Counted from the stretch's first letter, positions 30,105 to 41,354 are shown. The stretch is DNA of 64,000 nt from an uncultured cyanobacterium (GCA_963793265.1 CAWBZI010000001.1:992001-1056000); one strand, 5' to 3'. Program-made: numbers and translations. Notes: generated from the sequence alone by a model not told the origin.

Positions 30105-31265
30105 ATGACGACTACGCTTTCAACCAACACCTACGGCATCGATAATACGCACCGCAAGTCACTTAATAAGCTCGACATTCCCTCTCGGCTGCTGCTTGGC
30201 CCTGGCCCTTCTAATGCCGATCCCGCTGTGCTCGCGGCGATGGATCGTCAGCCGATTGGCCACCTGGATAAGGCTTATTTGGGCCTGATGGATGAGGTGC
30301 AGGAGCTGATGCGCTATGCCTGGCAAACGGATAACCGGATGACGCTACCAATTAGTGGTACGGGCTCTGCGGCGATGGAGGCGACGCTGGCGAATACGGT
30401 GGAGCCGGGGGATAAGGTGCTGGTTTGTGTGAATGGCTATTTTGGTCATCGGCTGATGGATATGGCGGGTCGCTATGGCGCAGAGGTGGTTAATATTAAT
30501 CGCCCTTGGGGTGAGGTGTTTACGACGGCTGAGATACGCGCCGCATTGGAGACGCATCGTCCGGCGATTATGGCGATTGTTCACGCTGAAACATCTACGG
30601 GTGTGTGTCAGCCGATGGAGGGGATTGGCGATTTGTGCCGTGAATATGATTGTTTGTTGATATTGGATACGGTGACTAGCCTGGGTGGGGTGCCTCTGTT
30701 TTTAGATAAGTGGGGGGTGGATTTGGCCTATAGCTGTAGTCAAAAGGGGTTGAGCTGCCCGCCTGGTAGTTCACCGTTTACGATGAGCGATCGCGCGCTC
30801 GAAAAGCTTAATAATCGTAAGGGGAAGGTGGCTAACTGGTATCTTGATATGTCTTTGTTGGCTAACTACTGGGGTAAGGGCCGCACTTATCACCACACTG
30901 CGCCTGTGAATATGACTTACGCTATTCGCGAGGCGTTGCGTTTGCTTGCTGAAGAAGGGTTGGAGGCTAGGTGGGCGCGTCATCAGAATGCGGCTGAGCG
31001 GTTGTATGCAGGGCTTGCTGAGATGGGGCTTGAGTGTCATGTTCCTCGTGAGTACCGTTTGCATACGCTGACGACGGTTCGCATTCCTGAGGGTGTGGAT
31101 GGGAAGGCGGTTACGGCTAGGCTGATTGATGAGCACAATATGGAGCTGGGCGGAGGCTTGGGTGATTTGGCTGGGAAGGTTTGGCGTGTGGGGCTGATGG
31201 GCTACAACGCGACGCCTGAGAATGTGGATACGTTTTTAGCCGCGCTAAAGCAGGTGCTTGCATAG
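30105..31265 (+). CDS. Alanine-glyoxylate / serine-pyruvate aminotransferase (class V PLP)
   Basis: LLGPGPS, SGTGSAAME, VHAETSTG, DTVTSLGG, SCSQKGLS, WRVGLMG. Confidence 0.93.
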   Translation: MTTTLSTNTYGIDNTHRKSLNKLDIPSRLLLGPGPSNADPAVLAAMDRQPIGHLDKAYLGLMDEVQELMRYAWQTDNRMTLPISGTGSAAMEATLANTVEPGDKVLVCVNGYFGHRLMDMAGRYGAEVVNINRPWGEVFTTAEIRAALETHRPAIMAIVHAETSTGVCQPMEGIGDLCREYDCLLILDTVTSLGGVPLFLDKWGVDLAYSCSQKGLSCPPGSSPFTMSDRALEKLNNRKGKVANWYLDMSLLANYWGKGRTYHHTAPVNMTYAIREALRLLAEEGLEARWARHQNAAERLYAGLAEMGLECHVPREYRLHTLTTVRIPEGVDGKAVTARLIDEHNMELGGGLGDLAGKVWRVGLMGYNATPENVDTFLAALKQVLA

Positions 31266-31281
31266 CCCAATTCGGGAACTG

Positions 31282-31310
31282 GTAGGGGCGTCACGGCTGT
31301 GCGCCCTCCG
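31282..31310 (+). repeat. GTAG-type REP-like palindrome, copy 1
   Basis: GTAGGGGCG-tcacggctgtg-CGCCCTCCG; shares its arms with 41355-41382. Confidence 0.7.
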
Positions 31311-31380
31311 GCAAAATATCCTCTAACAGGTTCAATCTCTAAATCAATAAGAGAAGAGGCAAAACGCAAAGCCACAAGAT

Positions 31381-31462
31381 TAGGGGATTGCCTCCCCTAG
31401 ACCCCTCTTTTGCTTATTTCTTTAAACACTGCCTGGGGGCCGAACCCTCCCCCAGACCCCCC
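31381..31462. repeat. Two copies of a GGGG..CCCC-AGACCCC hairpin motif
   Basis: TAGGGGATTGCCTCCCCTAGACCCC and TGGGGGCCGAACCCTCCCCCAGACCCC. Confidence 0.55.
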
Positions 31463-31505
31463 GAATGGTTTTCTAGCAGGGTATCGAGCAGTCCCTTTTT
31501 TAATG

Positions 31506-32180
31506 CTACTGATCTGTTGAAGGCGAGTTCTGATACAACATTCCAACAATTCCAATACCCGAAAGAATTGAAATTGCACCCCACGCCACCATCAGCCCCA
31601 CCACCTCACTTACAAACAAGTTGCTCGCCGCTCGTAATCCTCCTCCAATTAGCCAGCCAAAGGCGATCGCAACGCCCCAAATCCCAGTACTCAACGGAAC
31701 CCAGCGCCACGCCCGCACTACATCACGCCGCATAATCCACCACTGACCCACACCTAATATCACGCCGACATAGCCGCCATAAAACAAACCAAGTATGCCG
31801 CGCACCAACAGGTTAGGCGTATCGGGAGCCATCCAGCCAATCGCGCCAATATGCAACAGCGCTAACCCACCCCAGCTCAGAGCACTTACAACAATCCAAC
31901 GATAGGCTCTCTGCAAATGAGGCCGCAGCATTAGCCACTGCGCAAATCCAACAAAACAGCCACCAATCACGCCGTCTAACAGAGAAATATCGTTTCTTTC
32001 CCCAACTTCAACAATCAGCAGACTCCCCAAAAATGCCAGCCACGTAAGCCCAGCCCAGCCCATCAACAACGTCGCCCCTTCAATCAGCGGGATTAGCTTA
32101 AGGCCACGCTTTTCACAAAAGGCGAGCAGGCGATCGCTAATCACATCTACAATCGGCGCTGAAGAATTAGAAAAGGCCAT
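31506..32180 (-). CDS. Hypothetical multi-pass membrane protein
   Basis: About six Gly/Trp-rich TM segments with repeated G.AQW / G.GQW motif. Confidence 0.75.
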   Translation of the reverse strand: MAFSNSSAPIVDVISDRLLAFCEKRGLKLIPLIEGATLLMGWAGLTWLAFLGSLLIVEVGERNDISLLDGVIGGCFVGFAQWLMLRPHLQRAYRWIVVSALSWGGLALLHIGAIGWMAPDTPNLLVRGILGLFYGGYVGVILGVGQWWIMRRDVVRAWRWVPLSTGIWGVAIAFGWLIGGGLRAASNLFVSEVVGLMVAWGAISILSGIGIVGMLYQNSPSTDQ

Positions 32181-32181
32181 A

Positions 32182-33606
32182 TCAATCGTCCATTAACTGC
32201 CGAAAGTTTTGTCTGCGCTGCTGCGGAGCCTCGGGCGTAAAGTAGCTCCAAAGCGTGTCCCAATAAAAGAACGAAACGCCTGCATACTGCCGATCGCGAC
32301 TGCCCTCTACCTGCTGCCGAATTTGCTCGAACGATATCGGACGACGCCAGGTGCCGGTCAAAATGCCGACGCTGACTGGAATGTGATCGCGCGCCTCCTG
32401 CAAAGGTGCTTTATCTAACTCACTCTCAAACTGCCCGTAGTCATCCCGGTACACCTGCACCACCAGCTCGTCCAGCCAGCCTTTACGCACCCAAGTCCGC
32501 CAGTCTTGCAAATAAAACCGGTAGGCAAACTTAGCCGGATTGGGCGAAAGCGACACTGCACAGGTCGGGCACTTGGCCTTCACCCGCGCGTGCAAAATAT
32601 CCACGAACCTACTTAGCTTCCCAGCTCGCCACCGAATCCAATCTGCATCAGCCGGATTGCTCGGTGGCGACTGCCCCTGATGCTCAGCTTGGTAGAGCGC
32701 CACGGTGTAGGGGTCGTAGCCAAACTCCACTGGCAAACTAAAGTGATCGTCAAACTGGATACCATCTACGCCATAACCACTTACCACCTCTTCAACTAAC
32801 CCCAGTAAAAGCCCCTGCACACTAGGGTGCATAGGGTTTAGCCAGCCCAACTGACTCGGAGCAGCACTGGCGAGAAGCTGAGAGAAAAAGCCCTGCGGTT
32901 CATCAGAGGGTTCAATATCGCTCACCTCAAAGGCATCTTCAGTGAGCTGTCGTGACCCATTTTGCCGAGAGGTAAGCCAGTCGGGATGCTGTCGCGCCAG
33001 CGTTGAGTTCAGCGGAATCATAAAGCCATATTCAAACCACGGCAGCACTCGCATTCCTTTGCTGTGGCCTACTCGCACCATTTCGGCCAGCGGATCTTCA
33101 TAGGGGTGCATCAGCGCGATAAAGGGCTCAATGGTCTGCCCGGTTAAGGCTTTGAATGAGTCACTGCGGTAAAAGGTTTGGCCGCGGTTCCACACCACCG
33201 GATACACCGTATTAAAGCGCATGTCGGCAAGCTGATTGAGCGCTTTGGGAATGCCCCAGGGTGCAAACAAAATGCTGCTGGCAACGTTGGTAATCCAGAC
33301 ACCACGGATCTCGTCGGCTTGGGATGAAGGCTCAGGCGAAGAGCTAGGGGCTAAAGCGGTGTAGGGCTCTAGGTGGGCAGGCGGGGGAGACTGAAGGCTG
33401 ACGGGTGGTGTGATGTGGTGGGCGCTGAAGGCGAGGAAGGCGATCGCTAAAAAAAGCGCCAGCGAAGGTAGCACCACTCTTCGAGAAAGTAGCACCGTAG
33501 GAAGACAACGAATTTGAGTAAAGAAGGCGAGCAGTCTCGTCAGCGCTGACCTGTCAGATCGCATGAAATACGGAGGCTCCCCCAAAAAATAAACCTTGAA
33601 AGTCAA
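32182..33606 (-). CDS. Glycoside hydrolase family 10-like (GHL10/DUF187) protein
   Basis: EIRGVWIT, FNTVYPVVW, PWFEYG, VDGIQFDDHF, QDW; start uncertain. Confidence 0.88.
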   Translation of the reverse strand: MTFKVYFLGEPPYFMRSDRSALTRLLAFFTQIRCLPTVLLSRRVVLPSLALFLAIAFLAFSAHHITPPVSLQSPPPAHLEPYTALAPSSSPEPSSQADEIRGVWITNVASSILFAPWGIPKALNQLADMRFNTVYPVVWNRGQTFYRSDSFKALTGQTIEPFIALMHPYEDPLAEMVRVGHSKGMRVLPWFEYGFMIPLNSTLARQHPDWLTSRQNGSRQLTEDAFEVSDIEPSDEPQGFFSQLLASAAPSQLGWLNPMHPSVQGLLLGLVEEVVSGYGVDGIQFDDHFSLPVEFGYDPYTVALYQAEHQGQSPPSNPADADWIRWRAGKLSRFVDILHARVKAKCPTCAVSLSPNPAKFAYRFYLQDWRTWVRKGWLDELVVQVYRDDYGQFESELDKAPLQEARDHIPVSVGILTGTWRRPISFEQIRQQVEGSRDRQYAGVSFFYWDTLWSYFTPEAPQQRRQNFRQLMDD

Positions 33607-33666
33607 TCTTGACAGTATTGATAATACGGTTCAAATCAACTTTTATGGGTAGGTGCGCCCAACAAT

Positions 33667-34746
33667 TTACGGTTTCGACTTAATCACAGCATCTGCCATC
33701 GCTAGTCCAGAACGATAGGCGCAGTCAATGCCCTGAAAGTCGGGTAGCTGCTCTGAAGCATCGCCGGAAGGAATGCACCAGTCGCCGCCACATACCAGGC
33801 TCTCACTCACTGGTAAAGCGGTAGCGGCATAGGGCGTTTTGACGTGAGCATAGCGCCAGCGATGAATTTGAAACCATTCGGGCTGCGCAATCCAGTCAAT
33901 ATACTTACGCGCGTTGGCCCTGAGCAGCACGGAGGCAGCAGGTTGCAAGTCACCCGAGTCAATATATTGCTGAGCAAAGTCAGGTTTGCTATGAATCACA
34001 ATCGCAGGCCGGTCGGCTTGCTTACGTTTGCTGCTGTCTAACCCGATCCAGTCAGTAGAGGTGCCGACCAAATCAGTAATCATCCAGCCTTTGGGATCTA
34101 GCTCGCCCATCAGGTTGTTGTAGCGCTTGTGGTAGCCCGCCAAAACGCTCAGGCAAGGAAAATAGGCGACTGACTTTAAGCTATCGACCGCCTGGGACAA
34201 ATCGTCAGGTGAACTGTCTGCGGTCTTCAACAGCTCGGCAGCTTGGGGGGCAGGAATCGCGATCGCACACTTTTTAGCCAGCACCACCTCCCCCCCAGTC
34301 CGCTCAATCTTCCAATGCCCGCCCTCATAGCTCAATCCCACCACCTTGCGGCCCATCAGCAAATTTTGGTCAACGGTGAAAGGGCGCGTCAGGTATTTAG
34401 CGATCGCACTCATCCCCTTGGCCGTCACATACCGAGGCCCCAAATCATCCGTCACTGGCACAATCACCTCACGCTGCCGCATCTCGTAGGCACTGGCCTC
34501 CCAGGGCTTCAGCACACCTGCACTCAGCATTTCTGCCGTCAAAGCCTTGAGCCCGTCGCTCGTCGGTTGCCAGTAGCGCAGGCCATGATCGACCGATAGC
34601 CCACTCACCCGCCGAGTCGCCATCCGCCCGCCCAAACCGCGAGACTTATCAAGTATGCACACCCGCTGCCCCGCTGCCTTGAGCTGACGCGCACAAGTCA
34701 CGCCGCTTAGCCCTGCGCCAATAATGGCTACATCCCACATAATCAA
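33667..34746 (-). CDS. Renalase-like NAD(P)/FAD-dependent oxidoreductase
   Basis: IIGAGLSG, DKSRGLGGRMATRR, DHG, HRWRYA, GGDW. Confidence 0.9.
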   Translation of the reverse strand: MIMWDVAIIGAGLSGVTCARQLKAAGQRVCILDKSRGLGGRMATRRVSGLSVDHGLRYWQPTSDGLKALTAEMLSAGVLKPWEASAYEMRQREVIVPVTDDLGPRYVTAKGMSAIAKYLTRPFTVDQNLLMGRKVVGLSYEGGHWKIERTGGEVVLAKKCAIAIPAPQAAELLKTADSSPDDLSQAVDSLKSVAYFPCLSVLAGYHKRYNNLMGELDPKGWMITDLVGTSTDWIGLDSSKRKQADRPAIVIHSKPDFAQQYIDSGDLQPAASVLLRANARKYIDWIAQPEWFQIHRWRYAHVKTPYAATALPVSESLVCGGDWCIPSGDASEQLPDFQGIDCAYRSGLAMADAVIKSKP

Positions 34747-34795
34747 CCTGCCTGCTCTTATACTTATTATTTATAAAGCAATTAGATAGCCAGTA

Positions 34796-35659
34796 TTGAA
34801 TCGGTGGGTACCAACGGTGGATGAATTGAGGAGCGGCTTGGCGTTAGCGACTGATGAAGAGTTGTCAATGATGACGCAGTTGCTATTTCAGCCAAAATTC
34901 AACCCGTTAGACTACATTTACACGCCACAGCCCGTAGATGTCAGCAAATACGAACGCAGTCGCCAAATAGAGCTGCTAGACCAGCGCTTTCGCTACTTAG
35001 CCGCAGATGGTCTGACCGTATTGCAAAAGCGAACGCATCAGGTGAGCTATCACCAAGCGCTGCTGCAAATATGCCGCCATCTTAAGATTCAGCAGTACGA
35101 AGGGTTGAGCGTCACTGAGCTGGAGTCTGAAGTGTTTTTGGTGCTGCTTGAAAAAACCTGGACGCAGCTCCCAAAAGCCCAGAAAAAAGCTGTAGAGCGC
35201 CAGCTACACAGCGCGATTTCAAGCACCGAAGAATTTGAACAGCTCCCAAGACTGCTTCAAAAAAAGCCGCTCTCTCTGCTGGCAAAAGGCGGTAGTGCTC
35301 TGGCCCTAAGCGCTGTGATTCGGCCCTGGCTGCTCAGACAAATCTCTCAGCAAATTGCATTGCACGTCGCCCAGTATCAAGTAGCGCGGCAAACGCTCAT
35401 AAAAGGTGGGCTTTCTGTCGCCGCTCGGGTACAGTCGCAGGCGGCGGCAAATATAGCAACTCAGAGTGTGGCAAAAGCCTCTGCTCGATATGGCGCAACT
35501 AGAGGGTTGCTCTCTTGCTTGGGGCCTGCGCTATGGACTTGGTTTGTTGCAGACTTAGGCTGGCGGGCGATCGCAACTAACTACGCCCGCGTCATCCCTG
35601 TGGTGTTTGCGATCGCCCAAATTAGACTAACCCGCGAACCCACCTGGAACCCAGCCTAG
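34796..35659 (+). CDS. YaaW-like conserved protein
   Basis: DELRSGLALATDEEL..RFRYLAADG..NYARVIPVVFAIAQIR. Confidence 0.75.
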   Translation: MNRWVPTVDELRSGLALATDEELSMMTQLLFQPKFNPLDYIYTPQPVDVSKYERSRQIELLDQRFRYLAADGLTVLQKRTHQVSYHQALLQICRHLKIQQYEGLSVTELESEVFLVLLEKTWTQLPKAQKKAVERQLHSAISSTEEFEQLPRLLQKKPLSLLAKGGSALALSAVIRPWLLRQISQQIALHVAQYQVARQTLIKGGLSVAARVQSQAAANIATQSVAKASARYGATRGLLSCLGPALWTWFVADLGWRAIATNYARVIPVVFAIAQIRLTREPTWNPA

Positions 35660-35733
35660 CGAAGGTGTTAAATTAACAGCTCACACGGTATGGCTCACAC
35701 TACGGACATCAGAAGGAGGCGCGTAATCAATCC

Positions 35734-36357
35734 ATGACAGACAAAGCAACCGGCGAACCTTCTAGGTTCACCACTCGCCCCTCAACCCAACCAAGTTTCT
35801 ACGATCTCTTAGGACTGCGACCCAATGCTTCCGTGCAAGACATTCGCCGGGCCTACCGAGATTTGAGCAAGCTCTACCACCCCGATACAACAGAGCTAGA
35901 AAGCGCGATCGCCATCCCCAAGTTCCAGGCCCTCAACGAAGCCTACGCCACCCTCAGCAGCCCCGAAAAGCGCCTCACCTACGACTACAAAACCGGCTTC
36001 TCCCGCATCTCCGTCATCCAGCCACTAATGGAAGACATCAAGGCCACCAAAGACACCCCGGCTGAAAAATACTCTTCTAACGCCTACATTGACCCTACGG
36101 ATCGACCCCTCTCAGCCGGAGAATTCTTCGCGCTGTTCATTCTAGGCGTCACCTTCATCGGCTGCCTATTACTCGTCGTCGCTCTCAGCCTCACCAAAGG
36201 CGACATCATGAACACCGATCTCGATATCTTAATTCCCAAGGAACCGACTGCGATTGAATCAACACCCACCGACCCCGCATCTTTCAAGCCCGAGCTACCC
36301 GAACAGCCCTGGCTAGTTCCACAGACATCAGCAGCACCAACGCTGCCGACTCATTAA
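35734..36357 (+). CDS. J-domain protein with TM
   Basis: FYDLLGL..IRRAYRDLSKLYHPD..LNEAYATLS; TM segment. Confidence 0.9.
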   Translation: MTDKATGEPSRFTTRPSTQPSFYDLLGLRPNASVQDIRRAYRDLSKLYHPDTTELESAIAIPKFQALNEAYATLSSPEKRLTYDYKTGFSRISVIQPLMEDIKATKDTPAEKYSSNAYIDPTDRPLSAGEFFALFILGVTFIGCLLLVVALSLTKGDIMNTDLDILIPKEPTAIESTPTDPASFKPELPEQPWLVPQTSAAPTLPTH

Positions 36358-36382
36358 TCTTTCAAGCCTACATTCTTAAACT

Positions 36383-36643
36383 ATGCCGCCTTCAAACACA
36401 CCGCTTTACAGCCATCCCCTACCAGAAATTGAAGCCTGGCTCAGGGAACAAGGGTGCGATCGCGACACCGAAAACATCAGCAAATGGACAACCACCCGCG
36501 ATCGCTGGTCAGCCGACATCGTGCTAGACGTTGACTCCATTGTCGTCAGCTACACCAGCAGCAACGGCTCAACCGTGCAGCGCGTTTTCAAATACTCGCT
36601 TAGCCGAGGCGATTTGGAAGAGGTTATTTTTGCTGGGCCTTAG
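36383..36643 (+). CDS. DUF3143-like conserved cyanobacterial protein
   Basis: TPLYSHPLPEIEAWL..FKYSLSRGDLE..FAGP. Confidence 0.8.
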   Translation: MPPSNTPLYSHPLPEIEAWLREQGCDRDTENISKWTTTRDRWSADIVLDVDSIVVSYTSSNGSTVQRVFKYSLSRGDLEEVIFAGP

Positions 36644-36651
36644 CAAAGGCC

Positions 36652-37068
36652 TTACACCCCACAGCGCCCGTCTGCGCAGGGATACGCAGGCTGATACACC
36701 TCGTCGCGCTTACCAAAAAGCTTGTAGCGGTTATCACGCACAAACTCGTATGCTTTATCACCCGTTGGCTTCATCCCCGGCATCGCTCGATATGCCTGCA
36801 CAAACGCCCCGCCCATCGGTAGCAGATGGCCGATCTCCTCAGCCGCATCACTGCCTTGCCAGCGGCGATCGCTCCCATTCCCCGCCTCATCTAGCTCAAT
36901 CAAGAGCATTCCTAGCTCGCAGTCAGCAGGCGTCACCTCAAAACGGGCCAGCGTTTGCGCGTCTTGCATCGGCACATAGCTGAATTGCTTGCCTTGATCC
37001 ATTTTTTCTAAAAGCTGAACCAGCGTCACACACAGGTTGCAGCTACCGTCGTAAATTACAGCGTACAT
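36652..37068 (-). CDS. DCC-family thiol-disulfide oxidoreductase
   Basis: VIYDGSCNLC; YEFVRDNRYKLFG. Confidence 0.88.
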   Translation of the reverse strand: MYAVIYDGSCNLCVTLVQLLEKMDQGKQFSYVPMQDAQTLARFEVTPADCELGMLLIELDEAGNGSDRRWQGSDAAEEIGHLLPMGGAFVQAYRAMPGMKPTGDKAYEFVRDNRYKLFGKRDEVYQPAYPCADGRCGV

Positions 37069-37181
37069 ACAGAATTTTTTGGGGCTATCAGGACGTTTTT
37101 AGAGTGTATTGAGCGATACTAAACAATTGTCGCCTGCCATACAGCCAGCCGATCCATAAAGTGCATGTGAAGCTGCAATAC

Positions 37182-37200
37182 CTTAACCTGACCTTTACTT
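37182..37200 (+). promoter_or_regulatory. Pho box (SphR/PhoB site)
   Basis: CTTAACCT-gac-CTTTACTT matches the cyanobacterial PyTTAAPyPy(T/A) repeat with 3-nt spacer; about 105 bp upstream of pstS. Confidence 0.7.
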
Positions 37201-37304
37201 ATGAGCGGTAGGTTTCAGTCAGAATGCGACTGTGCGTAAACACCGAATACGCGCGTCAAAAGACAACGTGAAGACAAAAGTATTTTCAAGGAGTAACAGA
37301 TTCC

Positions 37305-38315
37305 ATGCAATTTAAGGCTCGACCAGCTCGTCTGGCGTACTCTGCTTCTATTTTAGCGCTGGTTGCTAGCCTGGCAGCTTGCGGCGGCGATACCACTGCT
37401 GTCGATGGCGTCGATGGCGATGAGCTAGCCGCTGGTGCTGGCGTCTCCGGCGACATTCAAATTGACGGTTCTAGTACCGTATTCCCCATCTCTGAAGCCA
37501 TGGCTGAAGAGTTCATGGCTGCTAACCCCGACAGCCGCGTTACCGTGGGTGTCTCTGGGTCTGGTGGCGGCTTCGAGAAGTTTTGCGGCGGCGAAACTGA
37601 CATCTCTAACGCGTCTCGTCAAATCAAAGACGAAGAGATTGCTAACTGTGAGGCCGCAGGCATCGAGTTTATCGAAGTGCCCATCGCCTACGACGGCATC
37701 ACGCTAGTCACTAACCCCGAAAACGACTTCGCTCAATGCCTCACCGTTGAACAGCTCAACACCATGTGGTCGCCCGAAGCAGAAGGCACCATTGAGAACT
37801 GGAGTCAAGTTGATCCTTCCTTCCCTGACCAGCCGCTGGAGCTGTATGGCCCCGGTACCGACTCAGGTACGTTTGACTACTTCACCGATGAAGTTAACGG
37901 CGAAGAAGGCGCTAGCCGTGGTGACTACACTGCCAGCGAAGATGACAACGTAATTGTGACTGGCGTTGAGTCTTCATCAGGCGGCTTAGGCTACTTTGGC
38001 TACGCCTACTACGAAGAAAACCAGGGCTCGCTGAAGGCATTAGAAATTGAAAACGAAGACGGCGAATGCGTTGCCCCTTCTACTGAAACTATCGCCGATG
38101 GCTCTTACAACCCAATGTCTCGGCCTTTGTTCTTCTATGTGAAGAAAGAGGCTTACGACACCAAGCCTCAGGTTAAAGCGTTTGTTGACTACAATCTAAA
38201 TCCCGACAACGGCGAGCTGGTTCAAGAAGTCGGCTACATTACGCTGCCCAATGAAGATTTGGCGGCTTCTAAGGCGCGTATTGACGAAGCTAAGTTGGGC
38301 AAAGATCCTATCTAG
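37305..38315 (+). CDS. pstS: Phosphate ABC transporter substrate-binding lipoprotein
   Basis: Lipobox [38 protein letters not shown]. Confidence 0.96.
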   Translation: MQFKARPARLAYSASILALVASLAACGGDTTAVDGVDGDELAAGAGVSGDIQIDGSSTVFPISEAMAEEFMAANPDSRVTVGVSGSGGGFEKFCGGETDISNASRQIKDEEIANCEAAGIEFIEVPIAYDGITLVTNPENDFAQCLTVEQLNTMWSPEAEGTIENWSQVDPSFPDQPLELYGPGTDSGTFDYFTDEVNGEEGASRGDYTASEDDNVIVTGVESSSGGLGYFGYAYYEENQGSLKALEIENEDGECVAPSTETIADGSYNPMSRPLFFYVKKEAYDTKPQVKAFVDYNLNPDNGELVQEVGYITLPNEDLAASKARIDEAKLGKDPI

Positions 38316-38357
38316 ACCACTCCAGGTTCTACTTAAAGACTAGGTTCTAAAGCAGTG

Positions 38358-38379
38358 GAGAGGGAGGTGTCTCCCTCTC
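38358..38379 (+). other. Intercistronic hairpin between pstS and pstC
   Basis: GAGAGGGAG-gtgt-CTCCCTCTC. Confidence 0.55.
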
Positions 38380-38435
38380 TTCCCCGCATCCTCCTAATTC
38401 AATCTCATTGCGTAACCTCAAAGAGGCTCTCTAGA

Positions 38436-39371
38436 ATGACTGCTGATGCTCCCTTCGACATCGCCACTGGCCAGTGGAAGCCGAATCGTGATCGCGCCAG
38501 GCTAATCCAAACGGTGATCAAATACATCTGCGGTGCGTTTGCCGCAATTTCTGTTTTTACAACGCTAGGCATTGTGGCCACGCTGGCTTTTGAGGCGATC
38601 GCCTTCCTCCAAGAAATCCCCTTATCTCAGTTCCTCACCGATACCCGATGGACACCGCTGTTTGCCAGTAAGCAGTTCGGCATATTCGTGCTGGTGAGCG
38701 CCACGATCATGATCTCAGTGATCTCCTTACTGGTCGCTGCACCTTTGGGCCTGCTGGCAGCCATTTGCCTGAGCGAATACGCATCGCCCAACACCCGCAG
38801 AATTCTCAAGCCCATTCTGGAAATCCTGGCAGGCGTACCGACGGTTGTTTATGGCTACTTTGCTCTACTTACTGTCACCCCCTTTCTACAAACTTTTATC
38901 CCTGGATTGCAGGGCTTCAACGCGCTGAGTGCAGGTTTAGTCCTCGGCGTTATGGTCACGCCCATGGTGGCCTCTCTCAGCGAAGACGCCCTCTACTCAG
39001 TGCCCCGCAGCCTCAAAGACGGTGCTTATGCCCTCGGCGCAACCAAGCGTGAAACCGTCACTTCAGTCGTGCTGCCCGCCGCCCTCTCAGGAATTGTCTC
39101 CTCTTTAATTTTGGCAGTTTCGCGCGCCATCGGTGAAACCATGATCGTCACCCTCGCTGCTGGAGCTAACCCCACCTTAGGCTTCAATCCGTTCGTGCCG
39201 GTCATGACTATGACCGCATACATCGTGCAGATCACCGCCGGAGACGCACCCCACGGCACCATTGAATACAAAACTATTTATGCGGTGGGTACGACACTCT
39301 TCTTAATTACCCTGGCGCTCAACATTTTCAGCTTTTGGTTTGTTCGCCGCTTCCGCGAGAAGTACGAGTAA
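38436..39371 (+). CDS. pstC: Phosphate ABC permease
   Basis: LAGVPTVVYG, GAYALGATKRE, SRAIGETM. Confidence 0.96.
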   Translation: MTADAPFDIATGQWKPNRDRARLIQTVIKYICGAFAAISVFTTLGIVATLAFEAIAFLQEIPLSQFLTDTRWTPLFASKQFGIFVLVSATIMISVISLLVAAPLGLLAAICLSEYASPNTRRILKPILEILAGVPTVVYGYFALLTVTPFLQTFIPGLQGFNALSAGLVLGVMVTPMVASLSEDALYSVPRSLKDGAYALGATKRETVTSVVLPAALSGIVSSLILAVSRAIGETMIVTLAAGANPTLGFNPFVPVMTMTAYIVQITAGDAPHGTIEYKTIYAVGTTLFLITLALNIFSFWFVRRFREKYE

Positions 39372-39453
39372 GCCTTTCACAAGCCGCCCTTAACTCCGTC
39401 TTTTAGTCCCGCCTTTAAGGTCAAGCAACAGAACGCAGCACACAGGTTTCTCA

Positions 39454-40377
39454 ATGGACTCAAACATCTCTTCTCGTCCCACAGAAGTCAAGGATTTTTC
39501 TTCAGGAAGCGATTTTAAGCCAAACATCTCCGGTCGCTACAATGCCGACCGCTTATTTGCCGCCGCCGCCTGGTTAGCGACGGGTATCGCCGTCGCGGTT
39601 TTAGCCTGGCTACTACTGACTATCCTCATAGATGGCCTCGGCACCCTCAACCTAAACTTCATTCAAAGCTTACCTTCTCGCCGAGCTGAAAGAGCCGGTA
39701 TTTTTCCAGCGCTAATCGGCACCATTTGGGTGATGGCAGTCGTCGCTGCTGTCTCCTTTCCCATCGGCGTCGGCGCTGGCATCTTTCTCGAAGAATTTGC
39801 TTCAGACAACTGGTTTACTCGCTTAGTCGAAATCAACATTGGTAACTTAGCGGGCGTTCCCTCAATTATCTATGGCCTGCTAGGACTCGCTATTTTTGTT
39901 CGTGTGTTTGAGCCAATTACGGGCGGACGTAGCGTACTTTCTGGCGGGCTAACGCTTTCGCTGCTAATTTTGCCGGTGATTATTGTGGCCACGCGCGAAG
40001 CCCTACGAGCAGTGCCTAGCAGCATGAGGCTAGCGGGCTATGCCTTAGGCGCGAACCGCTGGCAGGTGATCTGGAGCCACGTATTACCAGCGGCGTTTCC
40101 GGGTATCCTCACAGGCGTTATCTTGGCACTATCGCGCGCTATTGGTGAAACAGCCCCGCTGATTGCAGTTGGCGCAGCCGTCTTTATTTCCTTTACGCCC
40201 GAAGGGTTGCAGAGCCAGTTTACGGCCATGCCCATTCAAATCTATAACTGGGTCGGTCGCCCGCAAGAAGAGTTTCACTACATTGCAGCCTCGGGCATCA
40301 TTGTGCTAATGACCGTGCTGCTGTTGATGAACGCGATCGCTATCTACTTGCGCAACAAGTTCCAAAGCCAGCAGTAG
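39454..40377 (+). CDS. pstA: Phosphate ABC permease
   Basis: NLAGVPSIIYGLLG, SRAIGETAP, MPIQIYNW. Confidence 0.96.
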   Translation: MDSNISSRPTEVKDFSSGSDFKPNISGRYNADRLFAAAAWLATGIAVAVLAWLLLTILIDGLGTLNLNFIQSLPSRRAERAGIFPALIGTIWVMAVVAAVSFPIGVGAGIFLEEFASDNWFTRLVEINIGNLAGVPSIIYGLLGLAIFVRVFEPITGGRSVLSGGLTLSLLILPVIIVATREALRAVPSSMRLAGYALGANRWQVIWSHVLPAAFPGILTGVILALSRAIGETAPLIAVGAAVFISFTPEGLQSQFTAMPIQIYNWVGRPQEEFHYIAASGIIVLMTVLLLMNAIAIYLRNKFQSQQ

Positions 40378-40513
40378 CTCGCTGAGGCGTACAAAAGCAA
40401 ATTCACAGCTTTCAATTTTTGCAATTCTACAACGCTATATTTCCACGCTGCTATTTCCACGCTGATTAAGTTATCAGATAAGTTACCCGCAAATCACTTA
40501 CAGGTTTTGTACA

Positions 40514-41332
40514 ATGCCTACCCCTATCCCTTCTTCAACGGTCACCGAAGTTAGCTCTAAGCTCGCGCTTAAGGCCGAAAAAGTCTCTGTTTACTACGGC
40601 AGTAATCTCGCAGTTAAAGACGTTTATCTCGATATCCCTGAGAACCAGGTTGTTGCTTTTATCGGCCCCTCTGGCTGTGGTAAGAGCACCATCTTGCGCT
40701 GCTTTAACCGCATGAACGATCTTATTCCTAGCGCCCGCGTAGAAGGCAGCATTACCTTCGATGGCGAAGACATTCAGGGCAAAAAGGTAGACCCCGTAGA
40801 GCTGCGTCGCCGGGTCGGCATGGTGTTTCAAAAGCCCAACCCCTTTCCTAAGTCCATTTACGACAACATTGCCTTTGGCGCTAAAATCAATGGCTACCAG
40901 GGCAATATGGACGAGCTGGTTGAAAGTTCTCTTAGAGGCGCTGCCCTTTGGGATGAGGTAAAAGACAAGCTTAAAGAGAGCGGTCTGGGCCTATCGGGTG
41001 GTCAGCAGCAGCGACTTTGCATTGCTAGAGCGATCGCTATCGAGCCCGAAGTTATCCTCATGGACGAACCCTGTTCGGCGCTTGATCCGATTTCTACGAT
41101 TAAAGTAGAAGACTTAATGAACGAGCTGAAAAAGCGCTACACCATTGTGATTGTGACGCACAACATGCAGCAGGCTTCTCGAGTGAGCGATCGCACCGCC
41201 TTCTTCAACGCGGTTGCCACTGAAAAGGGCGGCAAAATGGGCTACCTTGTTGAATACGACAAAACCCAAAACATCTTCAGCAACCCCAAAGAAGAATACA
41301 CCCGCGACTACGTTTCGGGCCGCTTCGGCTAG
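40514..41332 (+). CDS. pstB: Phosphate ABC ATPase
   Basis: [38 protein letters not shown]. Confidence 0.97.
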   Translation: MPTPIPSSTVTEVSSKLALKAEKVSVYYGSNLAVKDVYLDIPENQVVAFIGPSGCGKSTILRCFNRMNDLIPSARVEGSITFDGEDIQGKKVDPVELRRRVGMVFQKPNPFPKSIYDNIAFGAKINGYQGNMDELVESSLRGAALWDEVKDKLKESGLGLSGGQQQRLCIARAIAIEPEVILMDEPCSALDPISTIKVEDLMNELKKRYTIVIVTHNMQQASRVSDRTAFFNAVATEKGGKMGYLVEYDKTQNIFSNPKEEYTRDYVSGRFG

Positions 41333-41354
41333 CCCCGACACCATCGGCAAAACC